Source: Camelus dromedarius | Taxonomy: Eukaryota | DNA length: 64,000 nucleotides | NCBI RefSeq assembly: GCF_036321535.1 | Contig: NC_087436.1 | Location: 83,702,001 to 83,766,000 of the forward strand | Reading direction: 5' to 3' | The notes under the pieces: model-generated | Database searches by the model: none | What the model saw: only the letters and a program-made list of their open reading frames with translations | Told to the model about the DNA's origin: nothing | Made by a program: the position numbers and the translations under genes | Shown: piece after piece, positions 25,661 to 38,069 of the stretch | Layout: every line of letters starts with the position of its first letter | Numbering within the stretch: position 1 is the stretch's first letter

Positions 25661-27143
25661 ACTGATAACTGACTTTACAAAAGAGGCAAACAAGGTGCCA
25701 TGCTAGTCAAGATAAGAGAGGCATGAAGAAAGGAGAGGCATAAAGTTTTGTTTTCCAGGACACCGGAGCAGTGCCTAATAACTCGGGTACTTTAAACTCC
25801 AGTCTGCCTGGGAAAGTTTCGAATTATGCTTGTTGGCTCAATGGAATTATTAATAGAGTCCCCTTTCACGTTTAAAAGTATTCTAGGGAAGCTGAGGCTA
25901 GGGGAGGTACCAACAAAGGCTACTGCCAGGGGATCGAAAAACCCTCTCCACCAGGATCCTAAGAACCCAAAATCACCAAAAAGTCTGTCTTACATTTTAA
26001 AGATCTTTCTCTCCCCTCCACACTAACTCCAATGCAAGGTCCTCTGTGGACCAGTTCATGAGATGGGGACCTGAGGAGGCCTATGTGGACCACCCTGAAA
26101 CATTCCACCAGGGGATTTTCTAGACCACCTTATCCTTAAGTAGCAGTAAGAAATGTCTGTTCACCAAGGGGGTTTCTTGTCAGGTCCTGACTTTTCTTTC
26201 ACCATCCCTATATCCTGAAAGTAACACTGCGATACCACCAGTGTTGATTCAGTCTTCAAACAAATTTGCTGTATAAATCCAGAACCAGAAGAAACTTGAC
26301 GCTTTCTGTCTCTCTTCACAAGTAATTCTGAATTCTTTCTCACCTCTGGTTTAAGAAACTATATTACCTAAGTCATAATATCTTTGGCAACAGAACTTCA
26401 GAGAAACACAATTTTTAGCTTAGTGTTTTATAAGTAAGTTTGATTTAAATATTTTTAAATGGTTCTAAAAAAATCACTGACCTATGCTGGGACTACAGTT
26501 TTATATGGTTGCCCTACCAACAGAAGAAGTTTAATCAGTTGGCAAACAACATGTTTGAGCAGAAAGTTGCACTTGGTTTCAGGTAGACTCTAGAAATCAT
26601 GTCATGAAGTGGGAGGAAATTTCAGTAGGAAGTGTGCATTACGATCATTTTCATAGACATCTCAAAGGCTGCTGCAGCCTCCTCTGGCTTCCTTAATCCC
26701 TCCTTAGAAAATTGTCACAGCCTGTTTATTCTACCTCTTGAAAGTTTTCAAGTCAATTTCTTCTCTGTTCTCACAGCCATTTTAAAAATGTAAACATTTT
26801 AAATGTGGACCCCATCAGCATCCCTTCAGTACAACTACACCCGTACATTTCTGAAACTGGTTTGGCTATATTCCTTTCCTGCTTGTTTTCCTTCTCTTTA
26901 GGCCTAAGGGCTCCATAGATGGGGTTCAAGGCACCTGTGATCACCCATGTAATTGTATTTGGATTCTGAGTATATGCACACTGAAGTGAGCATCCATCAT
27001 AATATTTTTAACCTTTTATAAGAATAAAAACTGTAGGCCTATAGACGAAATTCCAAACTCCTTAGCATGGCTTCAAGGCTTTTCAAAATCAAATTCCCTA
27101 TTAGCCTTATCTCCATTATATATCTTAAACTCTTACCTCTTGC

Positions 27144-27928
27144 TGGTGGTAGGCTGGATAATAATCTCATCCAAATGTGCCCACATCCTAATGCCCAGAA
27201 CTTGTGAATATGTTACCTTGCATGGCAAAAGGATTTTGCAGGTGTAATTAAATTAAGGACCTTGTGATGGGGACGATTATTCTGGATAACCTAACCTCAG
27301 TGTGGCCCAATCACATGAGTCCTTATAAGAAGGCAGGAAGAGGTCGGAGTCAGGGGAGCTGTGATGATGTAGTCAGCGACTGTGTCAGAGAGATCTGAAG
27401 GTACAAGGTATTGGCTTGAAGAGAGAGGAAGTGGCCACAGCCAAGGAATGAAAGTGGCCTCTAATGATACACATCCTATTTACAAACCAAAAACAGACTC
27501 ACGGACACAGAAAACAAATAATGCTACCAAAGGGGAAAGAGCAGGGAGGGATAAATTAGGGGTTGGGGATTAACAGACACACTTTACTATATATAAAGTA
27601 GATAAACAACAAGGACCTAGTGTATAGCACAGGGAACCATAATCAATTTCCTGTAGTAACATATAATGAAAAGAATCTGAAAAGAAAAAATATATGTATA
27701 TATATGTATAACCAAGTCACTTTGCTGTACACTTGAAAGTAACATTGTAAAACAAGTACACTTCAATAAAAATTTTTTTTTAAAGTGGCCTTTAGAGGGA
27801 CAAGACAGACCTTGATTTTGACCCAGTGAAACTGACTACAGACTTCTGACCTACTGAACAGTAAATAAAGTTGTTTTAAGTCACTAAATTGGTGATAATT
27901 TGTTACAGCAGCAGTAGAAAAGTAGTAC
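27144..27928 (+). mobile_element. MaLR LTR (MLT1C/D-like) split by an L1 tail
   Basis: TGTGAATATGTTACCTTGCATGGCAAAAGGATTTTGCAGGTGTAATTAAATTAAGG and ATAATTTGTTACAGCAGCAGTAGAAA. Confidence 0.85.
27464..27781 (+). mobile_element. L1 3'UTR insertion nested in the MLT1 LTR
   Basis: GGAGGGATAAATTAGGGGTTGGGGATTAACAGA...TTCAATAAAAA; TSD AAAGTGGCCTCTA (27451-27463) / AAAGTGGCCTTTA (27782-27794). Confidence 0.88.
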
Positions 27929-28454
27929 GTTATCATTCTTCAAATTAAATAAGGCTTATGCTTTCCCACTTCAGAACTTTTGTTTATGACCTGGTACTTG
28001 CCAGAAATGCCCCTGTCTCCTTTCTCACTTTAATACAGAGCTTTACACACTTCAATACCCAGCACCAATGTCATCAGCATTGTTGACTAAAGTTGTCTCT
28101 TTGTGCACATGTGTCTGATTTAAACAACTAGTATAATACTTACACACGGCATTGCTATTGTTAACAAACCTATCCTTCTAGATTGTGAACTCCTTGAGGG
28201 ACAGGGCAATATCTTATTGTTTCCTTGTAAGCTTCATAACAAATATTTGCACAATTAATGTGTGGTGCAAACATCTTGGGTTGCTCCTGGAAGCACTTTG
28301 GGACTCATTTAAAAGTTAGGAGAAGAAATAGGATTCCATGAGTGTCATCAGACAAAAGAATTGAAAAGAGTAAGCGTGAATATAATTTCTAAGGGATTTC
28401 AGAGAAAAAAGTTCAGGGATCCGAAAAAGAAAAAAGAATCAAGGACAATAAATA

Positions 28455-28765
28455 CAGGATGAGGGAAACCGGTGAAGGTGGTCAAAAAATAACAAACTTC
28501 CAGTTGTAAGATAATTCCTGCGGATGTAATGTACAGTATGGAGACTATAGTTAATACTCTGTTGTATATTTGAAAGCTGCTAAGAGTAGATCTTAAAAGT
28601 TCTCATCACAAGAAAAAAAAAACCTCTGTGATGGATGTTAATTAAACTTACTGTCGTAATCATTTCACAATATACACGTATATCAAATCATCATGTTGTA
28701 CACTTTAAACTCATACAGTGTTATATGCCACCTATATCTCAAGGAAACTGGGAGAAAAAATAACA
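28455..28765 (+). mobile_element. L1 3'UTR (L1MA-like)
   Basis: TGCTAAGAGTAGATCTTAAAAGTTCTCATCACAAGAAAAA and AATCATTTCACAATATACACGTATATCAAATCA. Confidence 0.85.
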
Positions 28766-29269
28766 AAGATTTATATTTTGTATGAAATTAAAATATCACA
28801 TTATATTCCATAATTATATTCTGCAAGAATATAAAATCTGTAAGACAGAAGAAACAAGCAGGAATATAGTGCTCACGGGAACATATGTCTGTGGCCTTTA
28901 ATAACTGAGTTCTTCATTTTCAAACTGTTTATCAGGAAGATTCCACTGAAATTTTTTCAAATCTTACCTCTGATTAAAGGATAAGTTAAAATTCTTGAAG
29001 CAATTACTTTTGATTTTTTAATGATAATCCAATTTGTTAAACTTTGTATTAAAAAATTGTTTTAAACATATGACCTGTGGCTAGGACAGTGCCTGACCCA
29101 CTGTGAGACTGTAAAAAAAGTAACATGGCTTATATTCTTTTTAAAAAATCTGGAAAAGTTAAAGTCGTGAACAAATAAGAAAATATTCATATTAAGTGAA
29201 TAACCATTCCTGGAACTATAATTAAAGAGGTGTTTTAACTTGTGAAGGGGTATAGGAAACAATCACCAA

Positions 29270-29445
29270 GTCTCCCACACATACTCTCATTTAGTTATCA
29301 CAACCATTCCAGCGGTATAGGTATAATTCATGTTTATCAAGTGAGAGACTGAGGCTCAAGAAAGGTTCAGACTTGCACAGCCAATAATGGACAAAGCCAG
29401 GTTTCAAACGCAGGCTTCTCTGACTGAGACCTATGTTCTCACAAA
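29270..29445 (-). mobile_element. MIR fragment
   Basis: GAGAGACTGAGGCTCAAGAAAGGTT...AAAGCCAGGTTTCAAACGCAGG. Confidence 0.65.
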
Positions 29446-29997
29446 TGCATTAAGTTGAGTAAATCCCTCTTTTTGGAACACACCTGATTTCCAACTGTGG
29501 CAAGGCTAAGAGCAAAGATGTTGCCAATTACAAGGTATGAATAGTAAACCAATATTCCAATTGAGAAATATTAGAGCAGAAGAAATATTTTTTAAAAATA
29601 TTATTAAGCACTTTTACCTGTATTCTCAATCAACATAAAAAAAAAAGCTAGGATGTAAATGCCATCATTCCCATTTTATAATGAAAAAATATTTGAAACT
29701 CAGAAATCAAATTACTTGCTCAACCATTGCTAGAAAGACGTACAAACAGAATAGAAACTCAAGATGCCACTTATTTATTCATTTAACAATCAAGTGTTTA
29801 CTAAGAGAAAACCACATGCTATATATATGTACTATACAAACGGAGGATTTTTTATGGATATAATTTATAATCACAAAAGCATTCATGAGTCATACATAAT
29901 ATGCTAGGCTATCATGGAATGTTAACAAAGATGGAGGGACCACTACTGTAGGGTTCTTGTGCATTCCTGTGGCAGCTAACTGTCTAATAACAGTATC

Positions 29998-30482
29998 TGT
30001 AATAAGGAAAAACAAATCTGACTCCACATTAGACATTTCTTTTACTTTAACCTTTGTATTCTATTGCTTTTGCTGTAAGAATGTTGCTTATAGCCTGAAA
30101 TACACAGGGTAGCCCATTCTCAAGGCTCTGACCTTTAAAGGTATAACACTTTTCCATTCATAGAGAGATAAAAAAATTGCAGAAGAGAATAACATCTGTC
30201 TTGATGGAGGTTTACAGGAACATCGTAACCTGACCTAAGTGGTCAGCTACAAGAACATAGGATTCTGACACCAAAAGTCTGTAACAATGAACCACCCACC
30301 TCCCTTTTCAGTATAAAAGAAGTCTGAATTCTGACTTGGGTGAGATGGTTCTTTGGGACACTGGCCCACCATCTTCTTGGTCTGCTGGCTTTCTGAATAA
30401 AGTCGCTGCTTGCCCCAGCACCTCGTCTGTCAATTTATTGGCCTGTTATATGGTAAGCAGTAGGAGCCTAGACCCTGTAACA
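29998..30482 (+). mobile_element. ERV1-class solo LTR (485 bp)
   Basis: TGTAA...TAACA ends, perfect 4-bp TSD TATC (29994-29997 and 30483-30486), TATAAAA at ~30313, AATAAAG at ~30396. Confidence 0.88.
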
Positions 30483-31224
30483 TATCTCATTACATAGCTG
30501 TAATAGTTTAATCATTATTTACATATATGAGTTGCTATTAAATCCCCGTTCTATATAGAACAATGTTTGTCCTCCTTCATTGGAGCATGGTAAAATGTCC
30601 AGTGGTCAAGCAATTAACCACTGCAGATTGAGAGAAATCAAGTTCATAACCAAGTACATCAAAGAGTCTTAAAGTATGCAAAAGGGAGAGAATCCTTCAA
30701 CTCAGAAGTAAAAACTTAAAAATGCAAGGAAGAAAAGAAGGAAGGTAGGTTAAAGTTCCAATACTGCATGTTAAAGATTTATCAGAAAAAACTAAACACT
30801 TTTCCTTCTGTGACTATAGCAATGATAAATTAATTAAAACCATCTATTGGTTAAAAAAATATTCCACAATTTAGGAACAAATGAGGTCAGTACAAAATTA
30901 ATTCCTGTGTTGTAGTAACAGATATTGTTAAATAAATCAGCCTGTTTGTTTCTTGGAAACAAACCACCAACTGAAGTGAGAGATTTTAAAAGTCCATTCA
31001 GCATCAAAATGATGGATTTTATAATGCCATAAATTTCTCCTAAACAAGCAATCATGTAATTTCACATCAATTTCAGCACACTGTTCACTGGGACTTTCCA
31101 AATTGTTAGCTAGTTCCACTATTACATCCCCGAAAGAAAAGAACACAATGTAGAAGGAAGAGGGGGGAAACAGAAATTTGTGAGAACTACAAGCTTAAGT
31201 ATAGAGAGAAAGGGTTGGGAAAAA

Positions 31225-31348
31225 TATGCATATATACATACATAATGTATAAAATGATATATGTGTATATATATTCACTCATATCTATCTATCTATATAT
31301 CATGTGTATATATCTATATCATATATCTATATAGATACAGATAGATAA
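31225..31348. repeat. Compound (TA)n/(TATC)n/(TAGA)n low-complexity repeat
   Basis: Read directly from the sequence. Confidence 0.85.
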
Positions 31349-32699
31349 ATGAAATAAAGAGGGAAAAATATGAAAAGCCGGGAAAAAAAATAATTATCAC
31401 CTACCACCACCTCTCAGAATTTCAGTGTCAGGGTTTACATTGAGAGATGCAATAAATGCAAACAGGAAAGGCAGAGTTAGACCTCCCCGCCTCCATTTTT
31501 TATTCTCTCCAACTTGCATTTTTAAACCTTTTAAAGGAGAACAAAGATAATAAATTAAAGCATATTTCAAACATATTTCCAAAATGATGACTACTTGATG
31601 TCTGTTAATTGCATCATACCTTCATTTTATATCTTCACCATCCCCCTTCAGATACCTAAAATCAGGCTAAAAATCTGCCAAAAACATAGTATATGTAATA
31701 TGCTATGATTCAGGATTAAAGCAAGGAAAGAAAATGTGCAATTGTTTTGGATTAATGGAACAAGAATTTTCAATAGATAATCCTGAGGTTGTTTTGTGAA
31801 TCCTCTTATAATGACAACCGTAGGTATATAATGCACTCTTGCAAATACAATATCATTACATATGTATGAATTTGGCCTTTAGCACTATTGCTGTCTTTTA
31901 GCGCCTTTCAACGTCTCCTTTCTTAAGAAGTTGAGAAAATACAAGTATTTCCTGCTAGAAAAAAGATGTAGGAAAAATACAATCACAGCTAGTATTTACG
32001 TAGTGCAGAGTGTGGTACTTTGCAAAGCAGTTTCTATTTCAGTTCATTGTTACAACAAAACCAAAACTGGTATAATTTTTATTCCCATTTTCCATATGTG
32101 AAGGGTTCTGTATAACCAGTTGGAGATTCCATGTCTGGTAGGTGGTAATCAGATGTACAAACTGGAGACTACGCTTCTAGAACCTATAAAGTTTATTAGT
32201 AAGATGTACTGCCTGGCTGGTCTCTTAATTTTACTGCTTACATGCTTCTAAAACAATAGTTGAAATAACTATAATATAAAAAGAATAGTTACCATTAAAA
32301 CATTAAAATTTAAAAACACAATCAATGAATAAGAAAAAGAAAAGTACTAGAAATTCAAAATGAGTTAGCTACAGCAATTCGGCACAAATCTAAGGTCACA
32401 GATTTGTGCAAGTCAGTGCTAAAATAAAATGGACATACCTAGTTCTTGTGTCAGGTGAAAGGAAAGCAAAATTCAACTGGAAACCAGTTTTTCCCTCTGA
32501 CATTAAAGATAGCCAGGATTTATCACATGAATCCTTAAGGAAAGTGACAGTGTATCATGAGAAACATTTTCAACAGTATCACAGAAAAAGATACTCCTCA
32601 GAAGGTTCTTTCTTATGTCTCCCCTCTAGGAAAGCCAGTGGAGAAAAATTAAGATGGAACATTTAACACTTAACATTGTAACTCTGTTACGACTTAATG

Positions 32700-33775
32700 A
32701 AAAACCGAGCTAAGAATCTGAATAGACATTGCTCCAAAAGAAATATGCTAATGGTAAATAATCATACAAAGTGATGCTCCCCTTAGCCATGAGGGAAATG
32801 CAAGGCAAAACCACAATGGGTATGAAAGGGTACCACTTTGTACCCATTGGGATGGCTACAAGTAAAAAAAAGACATAACAGCAAGTGCTGGTGAGGATGT
32901 GGAGAAATTGGAGCTTGCTATGATCTGAACGTTTGTGTCCCTTCAAAATTCATACATTGAAATCCTGATGTCCAGTGTGATGGCCTGACGTGGTGGAGCC
33001 TTTGGGAGGTGCTTAAGTATTGAGGGTGGAGCCTTCATTAATAAAATTCGTGTTCCTATAAAAGAGACTTGCAGAGATTCCTTCCACCACGTGGGGACAC
33101 AGCGAGAAGGCATTTATGATCCAAGGAGTGGGTCTTAACCAGTCATCACACAGAATCTGCTTACAGATTTACATGGTCTTACACTTCTCGGCCTTGGGAA
33201 CTGTGAGAAATAAATTTGTTGTTTACAAGCCACCCAGTCTGCGGTATTTTGTTATAGCAGTCTGAATAAGGCAGAGTCCTCACACACTGTAAGACTGTAA
33301 AGTGCTTTAGAAAATAGCTCCTCAAAAAAGATTAAACATGGAGTTACCACATGAACTAGCAACTCCAATCTGGTGTGTACCTCAGAGAAATGGAAACATA
33401 CATCCACAAAAACTTGTACATGAATGTTCTTAGCAGCATTATTCGTAATAGCCAAAACAGCAGAAACAACCTAACTGTCCATCAATGGATGAATGGATAA
33501 ATACAGTATATTCATGTAACAATTATTTAGCAATAAAAGGAAACAGTGCACTGATGCACGCTACAACATGACCCTCTCAAACATTATGTTAAATGAAAGA
33601 AGCCAGTCACAAAGGACACATATTGTGAGTCCATGTATATGAAACATCCAGCATAGGCAAATCCGTAAAGAGGAGTGGTTGCCCAGAGCTGGGGAAGAGA
33701 GAGAGTTAGAAGGAACGGGGCGTGGCTGCCAATGGTACGGGATTTCGGGGATGATGAAACGTCTAGAATTGATCA
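32700..33775 (+). mobile_element. Old L1MB-like ORF2 end and 3'UTR, interrupted by an LTR
   Basis: GGGAAATGCAAGGCAAAACCACAATG, GTGAGGATGTGGAGAAATTGGA and CCATCAATGGATGAATGGATAAA. Confidence 0.8.
32916..33273 (+). mobile_element. MaLR LTR (MLT1A/MST-like) nested in L1
   Basis: TGCTATGATCTGAACGTTTGTGTCCC...GAACTGTGAGAAATAAATTTGTTGTTTACAAGCCACCCAGTC; approximate 5-bp TSD GAGCT/GAGTC. Confidence 0.85.
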
Positions 33776-34073
33776 AGACTGAGTTTGAGAAATACTATCA
33801 TGAGGCCTTTCTAGTCTAGAAGCATTGAAGCAGGTGTTAATAATGTTGTCTTCAAGCATGAGCCTCAATAGAGCTGCCTCATGATATAATTACCCAGTTG
33901 CATTAAGGGTAGCTTCACAGCTGAATGGGCTAATTTATCAACGATTATTACTTACACCTTTTTGGAGCCTGGACCCTTTGGGTATGTACTGAAAGCCTTG
34001 AACAAGGTAGGCATGATATTACCCTGAGGAATCTAAACAATTTCACAGACATCAGAGGAGGACTCTCCATGAC

Positions 34074-34494
34074 TGTGGTGAAACAAGACAAAAACAAGGT
34101 TACCCTCTACTCCTGCCGGAACAGAAATTTAACCATGAGGGAGGGTAAAGGCCCTGCCACCACGAGAGTGACCAAACACCCCCCTCTCCTGGCTAGCAGG
34201 AGTGACTGCTGCTGCTTCTCCAGTGGTAACTCTAGCCGGCTCCTCTAGCTTCCTAGATCAAAACTAAGACGCCCAATAGCTAAACTGCCCCTGCTTTCTG
34301 ACAGCACCCAATCCAGGTCTCCCCACTTCAACCCCCGCTAAAATCATCTTACCCAAATCCTATAATAAACTCCACCTGACCCTCCTCTTTTTGAGGGGCT
34401 CCATAGTTTTCCATGGGTATCCCGTGCTGCAGTATTACGCTGAATTTTGGCAAGAAATGCGTTCCTGGTGGTATTTGGCTGATGAGAATCAACA
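34074..34494 (+). mobile_element. Probable ERV1 solo LTR
   Basis: TG...CA ends, AAACAAGACAAAAACAAGG start, CCAAT boxes, CCCAAATCCTATAATAAA. Confidence 0.55.
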
Positions 34495-34834
34495 GTATCA
34501 CAAAATATTTATAAGGTGTTTTTCATAAGAGCACGTGTAGAATTTTACGTATGTTATAACTTCATGTTCTCATTAAAACGTGTGTATGTCGATATCACAC
34601 ATAGTACATATATGATAAGTATACTGGTAAGAGATGGCTACGGACCGAAATGTTAAGAGTAGTTATCTCTGAATGTTGGTATGATTGGGTTTTTTTTCCT
34701 ACTTTTCTGTATTTCATATTTTCCTTCAAAGATTGCATACAATTTAAGAAGTGGGGAGGGGAGAAAGAAGAAAAAATTTCTTCCAGAAGAATATGAGAGA
34801 GGAATCTCATATTCAAGATGGTTGTCAGTAGATA

Positions 34835-34990
34835 AGGTTTTCCATCTTTAGCATATTGGAGTCACTTGGGATGCGTGCTGAAAATAAAGATTCCTGGGCT
34901 TCATCCCTGGAGTGGGCCCTGGAACCTGCATGTTGGACCCCAGGCGGTTTTCTCACCCACAGGACATGAGGAATCTTGAAAAATGTAGCT
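34835..34990. mobile_element. MER5-like hAT MITE fragment
   Basis: ATTGGAGTCACTTGGG...AGATTCCTGGGCTTCATCCC...GTGGGCCCTGGAACCTGCAT. Confidence 0.55.
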
Positions 34991-37900
34991 CTGGGGACAA
35001 ACTAGAACTTGAAGGATGTACACAGTAACAGAGGCAGGAGAGGACTTTACAAGGCTAAAGGAGAAGCAGGAAGAGCCTAAAAGCATGAGCTGCAGTTGCA
35101 GGGTTGGGGTGGGAGATGGGACGGGGAGAGGGAGAGGGAGGGGACGGGGAGAGGAAGGGGTGGATGCACTCCCCGCTCTCAGCAAACCTAATTTGACCAA
35201 CCTGATGGAACCCTGGGCTCCTTTAGAAAACAGTTGGAAACCCAGCAGGTTTGGAAAGGTAAAGTGGGGGGTATATAAATTCACTCAAGTTTTCCACCCG
35301 CATTGTTGACATCAATCAGCAATTCACTGGTTTCTTCAATTTACAGCCACATGTTTTTTCAGGAATCAAGTCTAATTTTCCCTTAAACGTTTCCACCAGT
35401 AATTGTCCTTCTTCTGACCCTATTAAATCTTTTCTACGTTCCCAGGCAGTCTTTTTCTTATTTTGCCTATGCTGCCAGTCAACTGGAAATCTACGGCAAG
35501 CCAAAAAAGAAACACAGAAAACTAAATTAAGTTTAAAAGCCCTCTACTGAGCATCCATATGACAGAAAAGTGTAAGTCATCACTATCCTTCAATATCATG
35601 TGTTTTTTTTTTTTTTAAGAAAAGGGACTTTCCAATGAGCAATCTGATCTCTTGTGTCCAGATATTTAAGTGGGAAAGTGTTCCTACCTTTAACCATGAA
35701 TGATTTGAGCTTCTACCTATAATCCAGAGTAAAATAACTTTACAGCTGAGAGAGACTTCAAAGTACAAACTTTCATTTTACTGATGACTTTTTCACGTTG
35801 TTTGCTCTAAAACACACCCTCCAATTACATTTTAACTGAAAAATCCCCTCAGTATTTTATATCCCTTAAAATGGGGAACAGTAAATTTTTTGTGAAAACC
35901 ATTAATTGTTTTTCATTTTTTAAAAATTTACAATGCTATATTAGTTTCTGATCATTGAAAACTTTACTGCTAATTGAAAATCAATTATTAACAGAAATAC
36001 TATTTACTATTAAATCAATTTAATACATACGGGCTAATGTTATCCTTTTCTCATCCTAAGCTTATTGGAGTAGCTAATTCAGGTTATCAAACAAAAATCT
36101 CCAAGTAAATGAAGGTCAATGATAAACTAAATGGAACCCAAGAGGAGATAAATAGTTCCTTTAAAATTAAGAATTTATTCTACCTAGAGGTGTCCTATTC
36201 TATTACAAAACTTTTATGCATAAAGAATACTACCACAAACGAGGCCACATAAGGCATTTGCATTGACATCACCTCAGCAGAAAAGGAACTTTAGAGCTGG
36301 TAATGACACATAAGCTACTTTCAGGTGATCTGGAGTAGTTTTCAGAAAACCCACATTCCAATAAACCAAATGCTATGTCTGATGAACACAGCTGCAGACT
36401 TAAATCTGCTTTCACAACTAAAATACCTCTTTGGAAGGTTAATGTAAAAAATTCCATTATAATAAATGACAAGTTTGATTTTGCAAAAATAATCACAATA
36501 TACTTCCTTCTTTTCATGTCTTTGAGTTAAATACTTCGATTGTCACAGTGTGGGAAGAACATGTTGTTTTAAAGCCAGATAAATCTCCATTCTCCAATCT
36601 ACATTGGATAGATTTTTAGCCTTCACTTTCTTGTGCATAAAACAGAGGTAGCATCAACCTCACAGTGCTAGCATAATGATTAAGAGAGATTGTATATACG
36701 TAGAAGGAAAGAAATACTGGTGGCAGAATTCCCCAAAGAGTGAAATGTCTTTTGATTAGAGAATAAATCACAGTAAGGGACAGTGGGAAAAAAGATACAG
36801 ACTACAAAAGTGCTCAGCATAATAAAGAACAAAGAATCTGAGGATTTCACCAGTAGCTGAGAGGGAAGGAGAGAGGGGGCCCTGAGACAGAAATAACGCT
36901 GGAGAGAGAAAGGAGAAAACATAACATAAGGAGATGGGGACAAGGCTGCGACCCGAAGAGAAGAGCTGGCAACAAGAAGTTCCCTGTGGCCAGCCAGGCT
37001 TTTCATAAAATCAAGCTGACAGACACTATTTTCAGGTCTCCCCAAGCCCCACTCTTGTACCCTAAAGTAAATCTGCTACAGTTAGCGACTCCTCCCCACA
37101 AAAAGGAAAAAATCTGTTAGATGAAACCATCTTAGGTAAAGTCTTATTAAAAGTTGCTAAACACAACTGCCTCCTATGAAGTGGTGCTTTTAGGAGATCA
37201 AGGAATGTGGGCTGTGCTTCGGATGTGAACTTACACAAGGTGACGCAAAGGGAACAGCTTTAAGAGATAAGATAATTCAGCAGAAACAGAGAAATGATAC
37301 AAGTGGTGTATGAAAGGAAATTAACTCCTAGAGACAGTAGGGCAGGGGTAAGAGGCAGAGTTCATTTTACTTAAATACCGTGGGACCGAGGGACCCCAGC
37401 AGGCTGGGCGGGTGAGGGGGGAAAACCAGGCTGCTAACTTCTGACTACACGCTGGGTCTTTTGATTGGCAGTCAGTAAATGTCAGCTTTCTTCTCTTATG
37501 AGGAATGAATAAGGTTTCGTTCGTCACATACAACTGTTTTCACGCTTCTTACAACTATCAGAGAAAAGAGACTAACTTTAAAAAATGATATTAAGCTAGC
37601 ATGAAGTTGCACTTTGCCCAAAATAGTCAACCAAGACTGACTGATGGGGGATGGGAGAGGTGAGATCTACCTTCAGGAAAAGCAAACATTTGTAAAAAAT
37701 CATTTCAAACTTCACAGTTTAACTAGAAGATCAAAGATTTTCCATCACGTCAGAAAGCTGTGATTTTGAGTAAGGCAATCGAACGGTTTGGGCGAGGGAG
37801 TCGGAAGCCTTAGAACCAACATCATGTTTTCTGCAGTAAGAGTGCTCAGGTCAGTTCCCTTTTGAAACATTCTAGCAACAATATGGCCTTTGCAAACAAA

Positions 37901-38069
37901 CGACAAATTACTACGCTACCTTATGTTAACCAAAAAGGTTAGACATTTATTCTCAGATATTAGAGGAATGTAATTGAAGACTCTTCCATTTTTCGAAGTA
38001 CACAGAAAAGAAAGAAATGAAGAAAAGCCTGAAAGCATTTCCTCCGTAAACAGGTGCTGCAGATGAAGG

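Noticed and set aside
30834..31146. Overlapping minus-strand ORFs as a possible upstream FAM13A exon
   Set aside because: Non-ATG starts, no convincing splice-site pair, no homology.
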